From the NCBI GenBank assembly GCA_030264375.1, contig JASCQW010000112.1:36835650-36899649 (forward strand): 64,000 nt of DNA. The letters are read 5' to 3'. Below are positions 50,869 through 63,790 of this stretch, piece by piece. Each line of letters begins with the position of its first letter. Position 1 is the first letter of the stretch. The notes under the pieces were generated by a model. It made no database searches. It saw only the letters and a list, made by a program, of their open reading frames with translations, and was not told the origin of the DNA. This DNA is from Carcharhinus longimanus (lineage: Eukaryota). The position numbers were made by a program, and so were the translations under genes.

Positions 50869-51280
50869 GGCAGTGCAGTGGCTAGCTCTGCTGCCTCAGT
50901 GCCAGGGACCCGTGTTCGATCCCAGGCTTGGGTGAGGTGTGTGTGTGTGTGTGCGCACGCGCGTTTGTGTGGAGTCTACATTCTCCCAGTGTCTACATGG
51001 GTTTTCTCCCACAATCTAAATATGAGCAGGTAAGGGGGATAAGGGGGAGAATGGGCCTGTGTAAGATGCTCTGTTGGACAGTTGGTGCAAACTCAATGGG
51101 CTGAATGGCCACCTTCTGCATCATAGAAATNNNNNNNNNNNNNNNNNNNNNNNNNNNNNNNNNNNNNNNNNNNNNNNNNNNNNNNNNNNNNNNNNNNNNN
51201 NNNNNNNNNNNNNNNNNNNNNNNNNNNNNNCAAACTCAATGGGCTGAATGGCCACCTTCTGCATCATAGAAATTCTGTGA
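50869..51280 (+). mobile_element. V-SINE with internal (GT)n and a gap-flanking duplicated tail
   Basis: gtggctagctctgctgcctcagtgccagggacccgtgttcgatccc...; 51089-51130 repeated at 51231-51272. Confidence 0.8.
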
Positions 51281-51423
51281 TTATACTAAAGGGAAATCTG
51301 TTTCACAAATTTATTGCAGTTTGAGAATGTAACAAAAGGTAGATAAATGGGAACCAGCAAATGTAGGACAAAAGGTGCCACCTGAAAAGGTTAATAGGCA
51401 AGTGTACAAAGTTAGAGATATTA

Positions 51424-51868
51424 CAGGTTGAGTATCCTTTATTCAAAACCATCCTGGTGGATTGTGTTTTGGATTATTTTGTTTTATAGATACCACATAT
51501 AGGCTTACGCCTCCTTACATTCCAATTGCTGGAGCCTAAGTTAGCTATAGTTTAAAGTACAAGTAAATAAAATAGCTAGAAAAAAATGTACCACTGAGTA
51601 ATAAATACAGAGTACCAGTAATAAATTCCCACCATGGTGCCATATGAGATTTTGCTTGTAGAAGAGGGTTTGCAAGATAAACAATGCAGACAAAAAATTA
51701 CAAGGGAAACAGTGCAGACAAACAATTAGACTTCCTGCACTAAGGTCAGGTGTCGTTGATGAGGTGAGTGTCAGCTCGAGTCAGAGACTTCCTGTGCTAA
51801 AAGACAAACAAATTTCAAAGAATGTGTGGTTTTTGGATTTATGGACAGAAAATAATTAACTTAACTTG
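51424..51868. mobile_element. Tc1/pogo (Tigger/MER46-like) non-autonomous element inserted in a CR1 fragment (51290-52425)
   Basis: TA|caggttgagtatcc left end and degenerate ...ttaacttg|TA right end; CR1 RT-like sequence on both sides. Confidence 0.55.
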
Positions 51869-54084
51869 TAGTATGGAGGGGATTGGTCAACAGATAAGCA
51901 TAGTAGAGTACCACAAGTGTCAGTGCTGGGGTTCCAGCTATTCTAAATCAGTAGTACAGATTGTGTAAGAAGAGACAGACAGTAATGTATCACGTTTGTG
52001 GATGATACAAAGAAATGGAAAGGTAAGCTATTGGGAGGCTGCAGTGAGTTTATAGACAGCATATGAATGAGTAAGAGATTGTTTCCACAAGTCAGGGAAT
52101 CCAAAGTATGGGGTTGTCTCAAGATAAAGGACTGATCAATAATGTATGGGATTAGAAGAAATTACTTCATTCAAAAGGTTGCGAATCTTTGGAATACTCT
52201 GCAAAGGAAGGATTATGGTTGTCCCATTACTGAATACAATGAATCTGTCTGGAACAAACAGATTATTTGATGCCTAAGGACACCAAGAGCCATAGGGAAT
52301 CAAGGAACATGGCGAATGGGTGGGGAATGCACGGAGGAATGGAGTTGAAGGCCAAGTTCAGCCATGATCATATTGAACAATGGAACAGACTTAAATGGGC
52401 CACGTGGTCTACTCCTGCTCCTATTTTGTTGTGATTGAGGTTTTGCATGTGACTTTGGTGCAATATTAAAAGCTTCCTGTGATTTGTTTAGGTTTGGAGC
52501 TATTCAATGATTCTGTTCATTGAAAGTTGAACTTTTCTGAATGCTTGTTTTCACCAATATAGGTGAAAGATGAACCACAGCAGTACAGAGACAGTTTATA
52601 CAGAATCTGAAAGCTGGTGAAGCAATAAATCCATTAGAAATTTTAGATACATTACATTCAATATAAATTGAACCATTATCTTTAGTTAGATTTTGCAAGT
52701 TTTACTTCAGAATTATTTCAAGCAAATGTCAGTGGAGTTCATATTTCATGATTCATGTAAAAAGAGGGCTTCAGACTGTTGCTTTCCTAGCTACCTTTAA
52801 CCTAGGGAAAAAAAAAATGCATGCAGTGGATTAGTCTGCATTTAAAAAAATTCTACAGCAGATCGATTCAATAGTTCTCTCTCCTGCCCCAACAGAACCA
52901 CACAGGGTAGTAAGGTTTCAAATTTCAAGCATGCCATCTTGGAGACTTAGGCACCAATAAACCATTCTTTATACAGTACCATCTAACCCTCAAAATGCAA
53001 AATAAGCAAAGAAATAAATAAAAATACATTTAGATTTCACAAACGGTGACATATGGCCAGACTTTTGCACAGTCAGAAAGATTTTGCAGACTTTAAAATG
53101 GACGTGAAAAATCGGTAGGATGCGATTCACAAGCGAGGGGAAACCCAAACTCAGTTGATGAATTCAGGCGGACTCCGCTTTGGCTGCTGCAAGGTCTTTA
53201 ACCTATAAAGGAGTCACAAATATGTAGTAGGTGCAATCACTTCTGAAGCACAGATAAGGTCTGAATGATGGTCATGATCTGTAGGTTTTTTCTTAAATAC
53301 CCATCTCCCTTAAACTTTGGAAGCAAACAGGCAGTCAAGAGTGAAAACAAATCTTTGCTGGACTACTTTGGTCAACAGGCCAGCTGCTGTAAGTTATGGA
53401 AAAAAAAAGTATCTGGTGATGCATTTTATTATTGAAATTTCTTCAAAAAGACCATGATGTCATTATGAATGCTTGGCTGGATTTCAAAAGCTATAATTGT
53501 CACAGCAGGACAATGAGTTCAGTTTGATTGACAATTTAAAGAGGCTACTGTAGACAAAGTTAATCTTTAAAGCCTCCGAAATTCATTCCACAAATGGGGA
53601 TCAGCTTATTTGCCGAGTATAAAATGTGAACTACCAGGTGTTTACTGTTTTGAAATGTGAAAAACCACCATAACATCAGTAATTCATTTCAAATTAATGT
53701 GGTACAGTTTATTAAATTGTACAAAATAAAATTGTTTTAAAACTTGTAAAATTCAGTCTTCGGCATCCAACACAGCATTCATCATTCTGGCTACGGAATC
53801 ATCGTAAGGATCCCAATCTGGATCAGATGTATCACTTTCCATTTCAGAATAATCTCCATAACAAATCACCTTCCTCTCCGTTCGCTAAATTGAACATTCT
53901 GCATTTTTTGAATGATTCAATGGTAATTCTGCACTAATAGCATCCTACAATTTGATGAAAACCATACAAGCCATCCATTTGAGCCAGCATGAATATTCCA
54001 GTCTTGAAGATTTTTTTCTCCATCCACCTATTCTACTCAATGGGAACATAATTCTTGAACTACAGCTGTTAGATCTGTTTTGCT

Positions 54085-54870
54085 GAATAAGGAAGGTGGT
54101 AAAAGGGGTTTTAAATAGTGGGGGGAGAGGGCAGGGAAGAGAAAGAAATCATGTGAAAATTAATATGGTAGTAAAAGGGAACTTGCATGGTAGCATTTTG
54201 GGTAATGATAGTCAAATAGTGACAGGAAGGGACAGAGCATACAAACTTAAATAGCACCAGCAGATGAGCCAAAGTTTGCAAAAATGATAAAAAGATAGAG
54301 TTAAAGACTCTGTATCTGAACATGCACAGAATTTGTAACAAAGTAGAATGGTTTGCACAGATAGAAATAAATATATATGACCTGATAGCCATTAGAGGCA
54401 TGGTGGTGAGATGACTATGGCTAGGACCTGAATATTCAAGGGTATTTGACATTTTGAAAAGATAGAAGGCAGCGAAAACGTGATGTGATAGCTCTGAAAT
54501 AAAAGCAAAATGCTGCGGATGCTGAAGATTTGAAATAAAACAGAAGATGCTCGATAAACTCAGTAGATCTGGCAGTACTTGTGGAAAGAGAAAATGCTGG
54601 TAGTTCAGTTAGTTAAGGAAGATGTTAGTGCAGTAGTGAGGCATGACCTTCACTCAAAGCAAGATATTGAGTCATCTTGGGTAGACATAAGAAATGGAAA
54701 AGTAAGAGGCCTCTTGCAGGAGTAGTTCAAAAGGCCCCCTAATAACTTCACTGTTTGACAGATCATACAGGAAAAGAATAAATGCAAGGAGCGTGTAAAA
54801 AAAAAAAAGGTACTGCAGTAATCGAGGATGATTTCAATCTATTTACATATTGGGCACATTACATTGGCAA
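54085..54870 (+). mobile_element. Decayed CR1 5'/ORF2-start fragment with a Penelope-like insert (~54494-54600)
   Basis: LYLNMHRICNKVE...YDLIAI.. and gatgatttcaatcta (GDFN-like) endonuclease motifs. Confidence 0.65.
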
Positions 54871-55605
54871 TAGTCTTACTGCCTCTGAAAAGTAATAAAT
54901 ATATCAAAATTAGCTTGGTTATCAGTCTGGAAGGTTAAATTTTAATCAAACTAAATTTGGCAAATGACCAAAAAAAGGGGGAAGGTTCAAGAAGCATCTG
55001 GAAAGATGTGAGGTTCAGCTGCAGTTAAGTTTAGAGAGTTCTAGAAATGAACTCACCCTCACGAGCAGAGGGGAGAAACAAAATTGCAAGAGGAAAACAG
55101 TAGAACAAGACAAGGTACTCTAATTAGGCACAGTTCATGCGAAATTCTAAACAGCATTCACTGGGTCATGACGATTTAAAATAATTTACTTTCTAATCTT
55201 GTTGTTATTCAGGTTTCATTCTTCCCCAAAGATCTCATGCTACTTTCCTTAAAATTCAAATCAATAGCTCTGTCTGTGTTTAAACCAGGTCTCAGAACTT
55301 ATGAAAATTATTAAAATATGGAATTCATTAACTTTTAAAGTGGCCATTAAGTCAAGTTAAATGTTAAGAGGAAATTAGATCAACACCTCAAGGAAGTCAT
55401 TAAAAACCGACAGAGAAAGGCTGCAAACGGAAAGCTCTGATGTGGATAGGGTTGTTAACTCTACCTGTGCATGAACGTGCACATTGATCCAATTTATCAA
55501 ATTTCATAATCATGGGTTACAATCAATGTTGGTAGTAATCATGAGCATATCTATTAAACCATGCTAGTTTTAAAATTAAAGCAAATTCAAGTAATCAGTA
55601 ACATT

Positions 55606-56415
55606 GGGAGCGATTCTTCCATCCCACTGCATGAATCTTTTAGCACAACAGGCCGGAAGAATCACGCCTGGGCTGTTTCACGGGATTTGTACATGCTTTC
55701 CCGCCGCGTGTACATCTCCAAGCACCAGATATTTACAGTGGTTGGGACCACACTGGAAACAGAAACAGCAGGTAAGTGATTTAAAATGACATTAAAATAA
55801 CATTAGAGTCAGATTTAATGTGATTAGTGGGCCCTGGGCTGAAATCTCTGGGCCCTCTACCATTTCCCATCCCACCGATACAATTTCACTCTAGCAGGAT
55901 TCAGACTAGCTGTTCACTTTCAGGGACGTAACAGGAGAACATGCTGGAGTGAAGGGGGTTTAATCAGGGCTCCCCTGGGCATGGGCAACCAGGCAGTGCC
56001 AGCTTGTGCCCTGGTACTGCCCAGAGGCAAAGTATTCATGATTAGGCGGTCACCTTGCACTACCCACAAGGCATGGGGCAGTGCCAAGGGGACGGGACTT
56101 CCCACTGCCACTCTGCGTGGGAATTGGTTAGGGCTGGAGGAAGGCCAGGTTTGGGATGGCCAGGAACGCTCGTGGGGGCCACAATCATGCCAACTAGCAA
56201 CTGCAGGCCGACAGACAGAGACCACAGCGCATGCGCAGAAGCCCGGAAATGTCAGCCTCCAGTATGAATAGGCCCCACCTTCCCTGAGCTTTTTATGATA
56301 TATGCAACCTCTGCATTGTGGAAGATTTGAGTGTGAAGTTGCACTGAAAAAACAATGATTTACATCTGTTTTCCAGCCAATTCAGCACTTAGAACTTTAT
56401 GGGGAGAATCGTCCC
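55606..56415. mobile_element. ~0.8-kb non-autonomous DNA transposon (Harbinger-like MITE)
   Basis: Imperfect TIRs gggagcgattcttcc / ggagaatcgtccc in AT-rich flanks; interior homologous to 36634-37450. Confidence 0.7.
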
Positions 56416-59400
56416 TATTATTATTTTTCAACTATAAACAGAAGTGCAATTAAAAACTCATCTGACGACAACTAAAATTATAGATATCAGTATTTCCTGC
56501 ATTGTTGGCAGCTTTTCTTTAAAATTACTAAGTGCACCGCTGTATTTAAAACAAGTAAATTTTTAAGTCACAGGTAGGCTTACGTTAACACTACAATGTA
56601 GGCTGTATTAGAGTTGCAGTAATGCAGTACTAACAAAGTGTTGGAATATTTTTCTCCTTCACATTTCTAACATACAAGTTACTGAAACTGTAGTATTTCC
56701 ACTCCCCAACCCCATGGCAAAATGAGGGTTAAATCATTCATTTTTCAGAGATTTTGTAAAATTAATGGTGCAATTGATTCATGCATGTGGCTAAAAAAAA
56801 TCTACTGTTGAAATGAGTTGCACATGATACAAAGGAACATTCTTTATTTCAACTGGAGGGACAGAATTTAAAATGGGATTGGTGTACCATGGGATACACG
56901 ACAATGGTGAAGATCACAGCAACATATTTTGAATAGAAAAACCTACACGTTTTCAAAATTCATTATTGCACAGCAAGCCCATGGAGGCAAATATCCCAGG
57001 TTTGGCTGCATCTTGGAATGTTCAATTTTTTAAACTTTCACCTGGATTCATACGCTGTTCTAAAAGGTCCTGCCTTTGGGATGTGATTCCAGTACATGTT
57101 CTAAATGATGGGTTTCCTCACTTCATTGCCAGTGGTCCTTTATCACTGTGGGAAATCCTGATCCTTGGAGCACTACGTTGGCAGCCAGGAAGAAGATAGG
57201 GCGATTGCTGTCGGGCTGAGGTATCTGGAAGCTCCCAGCTAAATTGAGGAGAATATGTGCTGGAGATCCTTGTGCAGGACCCCAGCCCAGGTGCCCCTCC
57301 CCCACCTTTTTGGAGGGTTGCCAATTCTGGCTGGAAGCTCTCCTGGGGCATCAGGTTATACAAACATTACTCAGTTCATGCATAAAGCTTGGGTTCCCAA
57401 CGGTTGAAAACCTTTACAGTTTTGCAGCAGTGGAGACTTTCCAAGAACTAGGAGCCCACCCTGTGAGGCAGTGAGGAGCAGAATCCCTGGAGAACCTCTC
57501 CCAAATGCACTCCATGAGGTTTTGGTACTCTGCAAGTCACTAAATAGGGAGCTGGTCCAACAGCAGCTGGAGTTCTTTGCACAGCATCTAGGTGAGACCA
57601 ACAAGCCACTGTTGGAGATAGAACCCCGTGTCGATCAATCCTTGTTCACTAAGCATATCAGCATAAATCTGCTACATTTTGCACAGCATGAATGAAGCAT
57701 AATAGTTTCTTCTCCTCTCCTAAACATGGTCACAGTTCTACTATGTGGTGAGTGAGTGCACTTCTAATGGGATTAATTTCCATGCAACCCTTTGAGTGGT
57801 TTTTGAAAAACTGAATAAAATGCTAAATAAATGTAGGACTTCCTTATACATTTCAACACAAGCTGAATCTAGGCATTAATAAAACAGCAACCAAGTCATT
57901 TACTATTGTTTGTAAATAATAAGTTACTTCAGTGGCTATAAATAAATAATTGATGAGTAAACTGTATGTTGAAGCATAAAATTGTTAACCTGAAAGCAGT
58001 GACTAAAAAGGCTCAGATTACTCACCTTGATATAAAAGAGGAAAAACCTTCAAATTCCCAGGGATTAAAAATAATTGAATATTGAAAAGCTTTCTAAACA
58101 ACCAATTCTGCATGGCATATTTTGCAACATCATGAAATTTGACTCCCCTGCCATTAATCCACTTATGGAAGCAGAAGGAAGCCCTTCCAATTTTATCTGA
58201 TGAGCTACAAAGTTCAGGCCAGAATCAAAGTGAGTTTAAAAATAGCTCGAGTTCCATTTGTCACAATGGAAATTAAATATAGCGAGTTGAAACCAAAATT
58301 ATTCTGATAGTTTTTTGTTCAACTAAATTTTGGTTGCGATCCCGTCTTAATAGATGCTGATTGCGGGCAATTTGTCTCAAATGTTGAGACACTTTCCCAA
58401 ATCAGTTCAGGTAAATGTTTAAGACCCGGTGGCCTAGAGTTTGTGGTCAACAGCAACCAGCAGCACTTGCCATTCATTGGCCTTACACACTTGCCCACAG
58501 ATTGTCTGGGCTTTTATGGTGTGATTTGCAGCAATTAGAGTGCCAAAACAACATAACTACTGGGAACTGGGACTTTTGTAACATGGAAAGCAATTGTGCT
58601 TCTCCTCAAATCAGATGGAACAGAATCAGGACTGCTGAGGCAAGCATCAAATGTTTCATGTCAAATCTATACATAGTGAAATAAAAGAAGGGAGGGAGTG
58701 CAGAAGAGATATGGAATTCAGAGATGAGAAAAATTTAAGTATATTTTTTTGTAACACCTTTAACTATAATGAAAATCTGAAGGAATGAGACTCCAGATTT
58801 TAAAAAGAATTTGGTACCAAATTAAAACCCTTACCATGCTATTAAGGGTTTACATGTTTTCTGACGTGTTTGGTTAACTTTGTGCCTTTGTGTTAATGCT
58901 GAGCTTCTCAAAATTAAGAGGAGCAGTGCACCTTGAAAAGCAACTTCCAAATTTCCATATTTAACCATGCATGTGCAGTTGTTGGAAATTACTGAGGGAA
59001 ATGATTGGATAAGGCCCGAAAACAGAAACATTCACAAGTTCTACTGCAGAGAATGCATGCGAGTACATTAATGGGGTAGAGAAATGCGTTGATGGGTATG
59101 TACAACGAAATGCTTGATGCATCGCTAAGTCTGTCATTAAGCTTGCTGTCATTGTTCAGGAGTGCAGAGAAGTGTAGCACCAATTTGGTGCAGGGCTCTG
59201 TATAGAGCTTGGAGCTTATTTCCAGTTTGGAAGTGCTGACCAATTCCACAACAGCACTTGTGGGCCCAATCTTGATGCAATATCTGAAGTCTGATGATCC
59301 ACTTCTGCTGCTGCTAAAGCAGACATCCAAGAGCGACAGATCCTGAGGTCACTTAATCTCAGCTGGTTGTCCTGTAGGCTCAAGTAGCCACCACCATGGC

Positions 59401-59820
59401 TGCAAAAGACAGTTATTAAAGATGTTTGCAGGGTCGCAGCAGTCGAGCAATCCATCCTCCCAACAGATAAATCAGGATTGCATCAACAGAAATTATATTG
59501 GTTCTGTGGAGAATGGACCTGGTGTCCCCTTAGGATGACTGCATTACTCCTCCCAATTTTGCTGCACCAGTACTTTCTGGTCAGCCTGTCAACCCAAATT
59601 GCCAAGGTGGTGCAGTCTGAAGTCAGGTCTTCAAGGCCCAGAGCTGCTTGTGGCATCCTGTAGTTACCCTCACTGCAAGTCAGCATCCATTCACCAGAAA
59701 GGCATTAAGGGAATACATCAAAAGGTGATAAAATGTGTTTGTTTAATGAAATATTAGGTGGCTTATATGATGAACTTAATTTTGAATGGTGTGTTGGCTT
59801 ATATTTCAGCATTCTATGCA

Positions 59821-60127
59821 TGGCACAGAGGTTAGCACTGCTGTCTCACAGCACCAGGGACCCAGGTTCAATTCCAGCCTTGGGTGACTGTGGGGAGTTT
59901 GCATATTCCCCATGTCTGCATGGGTTTCCTCCCAGAGGCCAAAGATGTGCAAGTTAAGCAATTTAGCTACGCTAAATTGTCCCTTAATGTCCCAGAATGT
60001 GTATGCAGGATGGATTAACCATGATAAGTGTGTTGAATTAAGGCATGGCCTAGGTATTCTTTCAGAGTTAGGGCAGTTTCAATGGGCTTAATAGTCTCCT
60101 TCTGCACTGTAGGGATTCTATGATTCT
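59821..60127 (+). mobile_element. V-SINE inserted in a decayed Harbinger element
   Basis: tggcacagaggttagcactgctgtctcacagcaccagggacccaggttcaattcc...ctgcactgtagggattctatga. Confidence 0.85.
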
Positions 60128-60229
60128 GGCCAATAATCTGTAGTGATCAGCAAGATGGGATGCAAGACACTTAACCATTCTAAATGAGGAGATCTTTAGT
60201 GCGCAATGGAACTGCAGTCAAATCATGAG

Positions 60230-61190
60230 CAACCCAGCCAGAAAATGGATGCACTGCTCTGTTCCACTTTCTGCTCACTGTCCCAAGCACTGCAAGGCTC
60301 CTCCAGAGCAGTTCAGGCAATAGAACATCTGCCTAATCACCCATGATCTTCTCCATGTTAAACATGGCCACATGGCTCTCATTAAACAAATGTTGGCCAT
60401 GTGAGGTTAGATTGTGCAGCAAAGTCCTCAGCCAGATGTTAAGTAGATAGCTCTCATCATCCAGCACACACCCTCTGGTTTGACAAAGTATTCAAATACT
60501 GAGCAACAGCAGACTGATGCAGAACAAAAGCATCATAATAGCTGCTAGGGTAGTGGGCATTCACTATCATGATGTGCTGAACACAGTTGCACACCAAGTA
60601 CATGTTCAGCATGTGGTAATCTTTGCAGCTGGGGTATGTCTCAGCATTTAGATACACTCCTGCATAGACATAGCTTTGCAGTCAATAGCACTCTGCACCA
60701 TGGGGTAATCCACTATCCTGGTAAACACATGCATTTTCTGCTATTTGTTCACAAAGAATTAATTCTCTGGCATCACCAGTTAGCTCTGTAATGCAACTGG
60801 AACAGCAAACAGACTTTGGGATCCTTGCAGACTGGAGTGGGCAATGTGAAAAAAAATTGATAACTATGGCCACTTTCACAGCCACTGGCAATTCTGTCCT
60901 TGGCCTGCTTGGAGTTGCAGGTCTGGTTACAAGAGATGGCATATTCCTGTGACTAACTCCTTTGTAAAATACAGATGATGCAAACACTATTCCTGGGTTT
61001 AGTGTAGGGTCAGTAAAAAGTCTGACAACACCAGGTTTTAGTCCAACCGATTTATTTGATAATAGTAGGGTAACAGGAATGAACCTGGAAAGACTAAGGT
61101 TCAGATCCCTAAGGCTGAAGGAGCTCTTCTTACTCTTTGCTCTGTGAGCAGCCCATCCTCCTCTTTGCGCCATCTCCTTTCATACTGTAG
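60230..61190 (-). mobile_element. Decayed PIF/Harbinger transposase (HARBI1-like)
   Basis: Minus strand: PSRPRTELPVAVKVAIVINFF..., DYPMVQSAIDC, KDYHMLNMYLVCN...IMIVNAHYPSSYYDAFVLHQS, VLDDESY. These follow the order of Harbinger catalytic motifs (GAID, PGSxHD, LLGDxGY). Confidence 0.85.
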
Positions 61191-61628
61191 GTGATTGAGG
61201 TAGCTCAGAACCCATGACTGGCAGCAAGTGGTCTAACCAGACTTAATGGAATCAGAATCAAGGCCTTCTCACGTGCAGTACTTGAGGTTGACTTCATCAA
61301 CATTAAACTACGCAAACTACCAAATGCTTCTGCTGGATCTTTTGGAATGTGTAGAAGCTAATTCCTTTAAGTAGCACTGTTTGGGGAGGGGAGGAGGGGG
61401 CAGGGGAAAAAAGAGCAGTGTTCCAATGGAGGTCAGACAGCAGCACTGGCATCAAATCAATGTTTTATCCTATCTGAAGTCACAATCTGTCTATTCCGTA
61501 CATTTCCAGGTCATGGTCCTAAAACTTATGGAATTTTTTACAATTTATTCTTTGACAGGACGCGATTGCTCATTCCTAATTTCCCTCAAAGATGGTTTGA
61601 GCTTCCCCAACATGGCACCCAGCATGGG

Positions 61629-61707
61629 CCACATTGGAAGCGTGGACATGCAACACAGATCCCATGTTGGAAGCATGGACACACAATGCAGATCCCACGT
61701 TGCAGCC
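61629..61707 (+). repeat. 33-bp minisatellite, ~2.4 copies
   Basis: ccacattggaagcgtggacatgcaacacagatc / ccatgttggaagcatggacacacaatgcagatc / ccacgttgcagcc. Confidence 0.8.
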
Positions 61708-61970
61708 AAACACCATATGCAACATTGAAACTCTGGGCAACATGTCTTATTTGCTCCAATAATTGCAAACGCTGGATAGCCTTACCATCATTTTCAGTGC
61801 AAAACTTGATCCATATAAACTAAATGACTGCTAACTTTTTAAATAAAACCTTTAAGTTCAATCTATGTTGGTAAGAAAAATGTTGATCTTAGCATTGTAA
61901 ATTTACCATTAGGTTACTACCTAAAAACCATAGAAAGTATATAAACAGGGACTATAATACTGATACTCAC

Positions 61971-62204
61971 TGAATGTCTTGGAGATGTCAGACACTGCTT
62001 TGAAGACTCTGTCTGAGAAGTTGACCTTCACCTTCACTGTCTTCATATTGGGCAACTGGAGGCGAAGTACTTTATGCTGAGGTGTGAACATCAGTTTGGC
62101 GTCCGCTTGCACACCATACTTATCCAAAGTCCAGTGGGTTTTCAGGAGCCAAGTTTTTTTCTTCTCCCACCACAAGGCATGATCTGACCAGTCTTTCTTC
62201 ACAT
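61971..62204 (-). CDS. FERMT2: Kindlin-2 coding exon (~exon 3, 234 nt; F0/F1: [78 protein letters not shown])
   Basis: Near-identical to the vertebrate kindlin-2 sequence as I recall it. Acceptor ttatag|AT at 62205-62206; donor A|gtgag at 61970. Confidence 0.97.
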
Positions 62205-62616
62205 CTATAAAGGAAAATTAGCTAATTAGATCAAATAGTTCAAAAAGTTATAGGAATCAGTTGTAGAGAAGCAGTAAAATAAAAATAAATGCTTTATACA
62301 CTGTTTAAAGCAATCCTCCCTCCCAAAAATGTCAGGATGGGTGCTAGGTAACAGGTTATGTAGTAATTTGTCTGCAAACTTTACTGGAGCATTTAACTTC
62401 CTGCACACCCTCAAGCAGCAGAGGATACCATGATATGCTGGACAATGGCCAGATGCTTGGATGCAGAATTTCAATGATAAATATAAAATCTGGTCATTGA
62501 AGCTACCAGGCAACTGACCACCAGGAAAGGGTCAGATGAACAGAAATAAAACTACATAAATGCAGGTTTATTTTTTCCCCAAATGACAGAATCCAGCCAC
62601 ACTTGATGAGACCCTG

Positions 62617-62620
<4 letters not shown>

Positions 62621-62662
<42 letters not shown>
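62621..62662 (+). repeat. (GA)21 microsatellite
   Basis: Directly visible. Confidence 0.95.
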
Positions 62663-62666
<4 letters not shown>

Positions 62667-63264
62667 GATGTTTATATGCCGATGTTTATTGGCTTTCGAT
62701 ATAAAAGAAATGGGTGGGGAAATTGAACAAATGTTAACACTCCCTTTTGGAAGCTAGAACAGGGAGTCCTCAAGACTGAAATCAATATTTGTATGGGAGT
62801 TCTTCCAAACAGAAAAGTTTGAGATCAAGTTTTTCTGGAATTGAAAATAGGATAAAATTAATGATGCATAAAATCATATTCACGTATAAGGTTATGAATC
62901 AGCACAGTTCAAACTAGCTGCGAGCTTCTGGAATTCTATTTATGCCCCAATAAACATTATCACATGTTCTCAGCAGTCAACCAGGTAAGAGTAAACAAAC
63001 CCTGTCTGGTCAGTGGCTCTCGAGTAAGAAAGTTATTTAATTCTTACTTACAATTTCAGATCTCCTCACGAGCAATTCAGCCATTTCTCTTCCCATAATG
63101 ATCTTGCCACCCACATTCACTTTAACTTCCCCAACCCCACCCAGGGGCCCAGGTGCTCTTTTCGCCAAAAAAATCAGCAGCTTGGATTCAATAACTATCA
63201 GAACACTTTTGTATTCCATTTTTACTAAATATGCAGATTTCAGTTAATAATTTGTCCCAAAATT

Positions 63265-63790
63265 AGCCAAGGATGTAAAAGCAGTTCAAAGACGGTTTAC
63301 TAGACTAATACCTGGAATGGGAAGGCTGTCTTATGAGGCCACATCTTGTGAATAAATTGTGAAAGAAACTAGCACTGGTGTTAGGACCAGGAAACAGGCA
63401 GATTTGTGAGGTCGAACAAGCTCAGCTTGTATCTGCTGGAGTTTGAAAGAGTAAGGGCTAACTTGATTGAAATATAGAAGGTTCTAACNNNNNNNNNNNN
63501 NNNNNNNNNNNNNNNNNNNNNNNNNNNNNNNNNNNNNNNNNNNNNNNNNNNNNNNNNNNNNNNNNNNNNNNNNNNNNNNNNNNNNNNNCTGGAGTTTGAA
63601 AGAGTAAGGTCTAACTTGATTGAAATATAGAAGGTTCTAACAGGTCTTGACAGAGTGGATGTGGAGATGTTGTTTCCTCTTGTGGGAGAATCTAGAACTA
63701 GGGGGTCACTGTTTAAAAATAAGGGATCATGCATTTAAGGCAAGGAGGACAAATTTTCTTTCCATGGGTTGAGTGTTTGGAAGATTCTTC
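63265..63790 (+). mobile_element. CR1 LINE 3' region (gapped)
   Basis: cagttcaaagacggtttactagactaatacctggaatg...gagaatctagaactagggggtcactgtttaaaaataaggg. Confidence 0.8.

Noticed and set aside
63436-63641. Direct repeats flanking 100-N gaps (also 8926/9047, 45052/45169, 51089/51231)
   Set aside because: Near-identical sequence on both sides of fixed-size gaps is typical of unmerged contig overlaps, not real duplications or LTRs.
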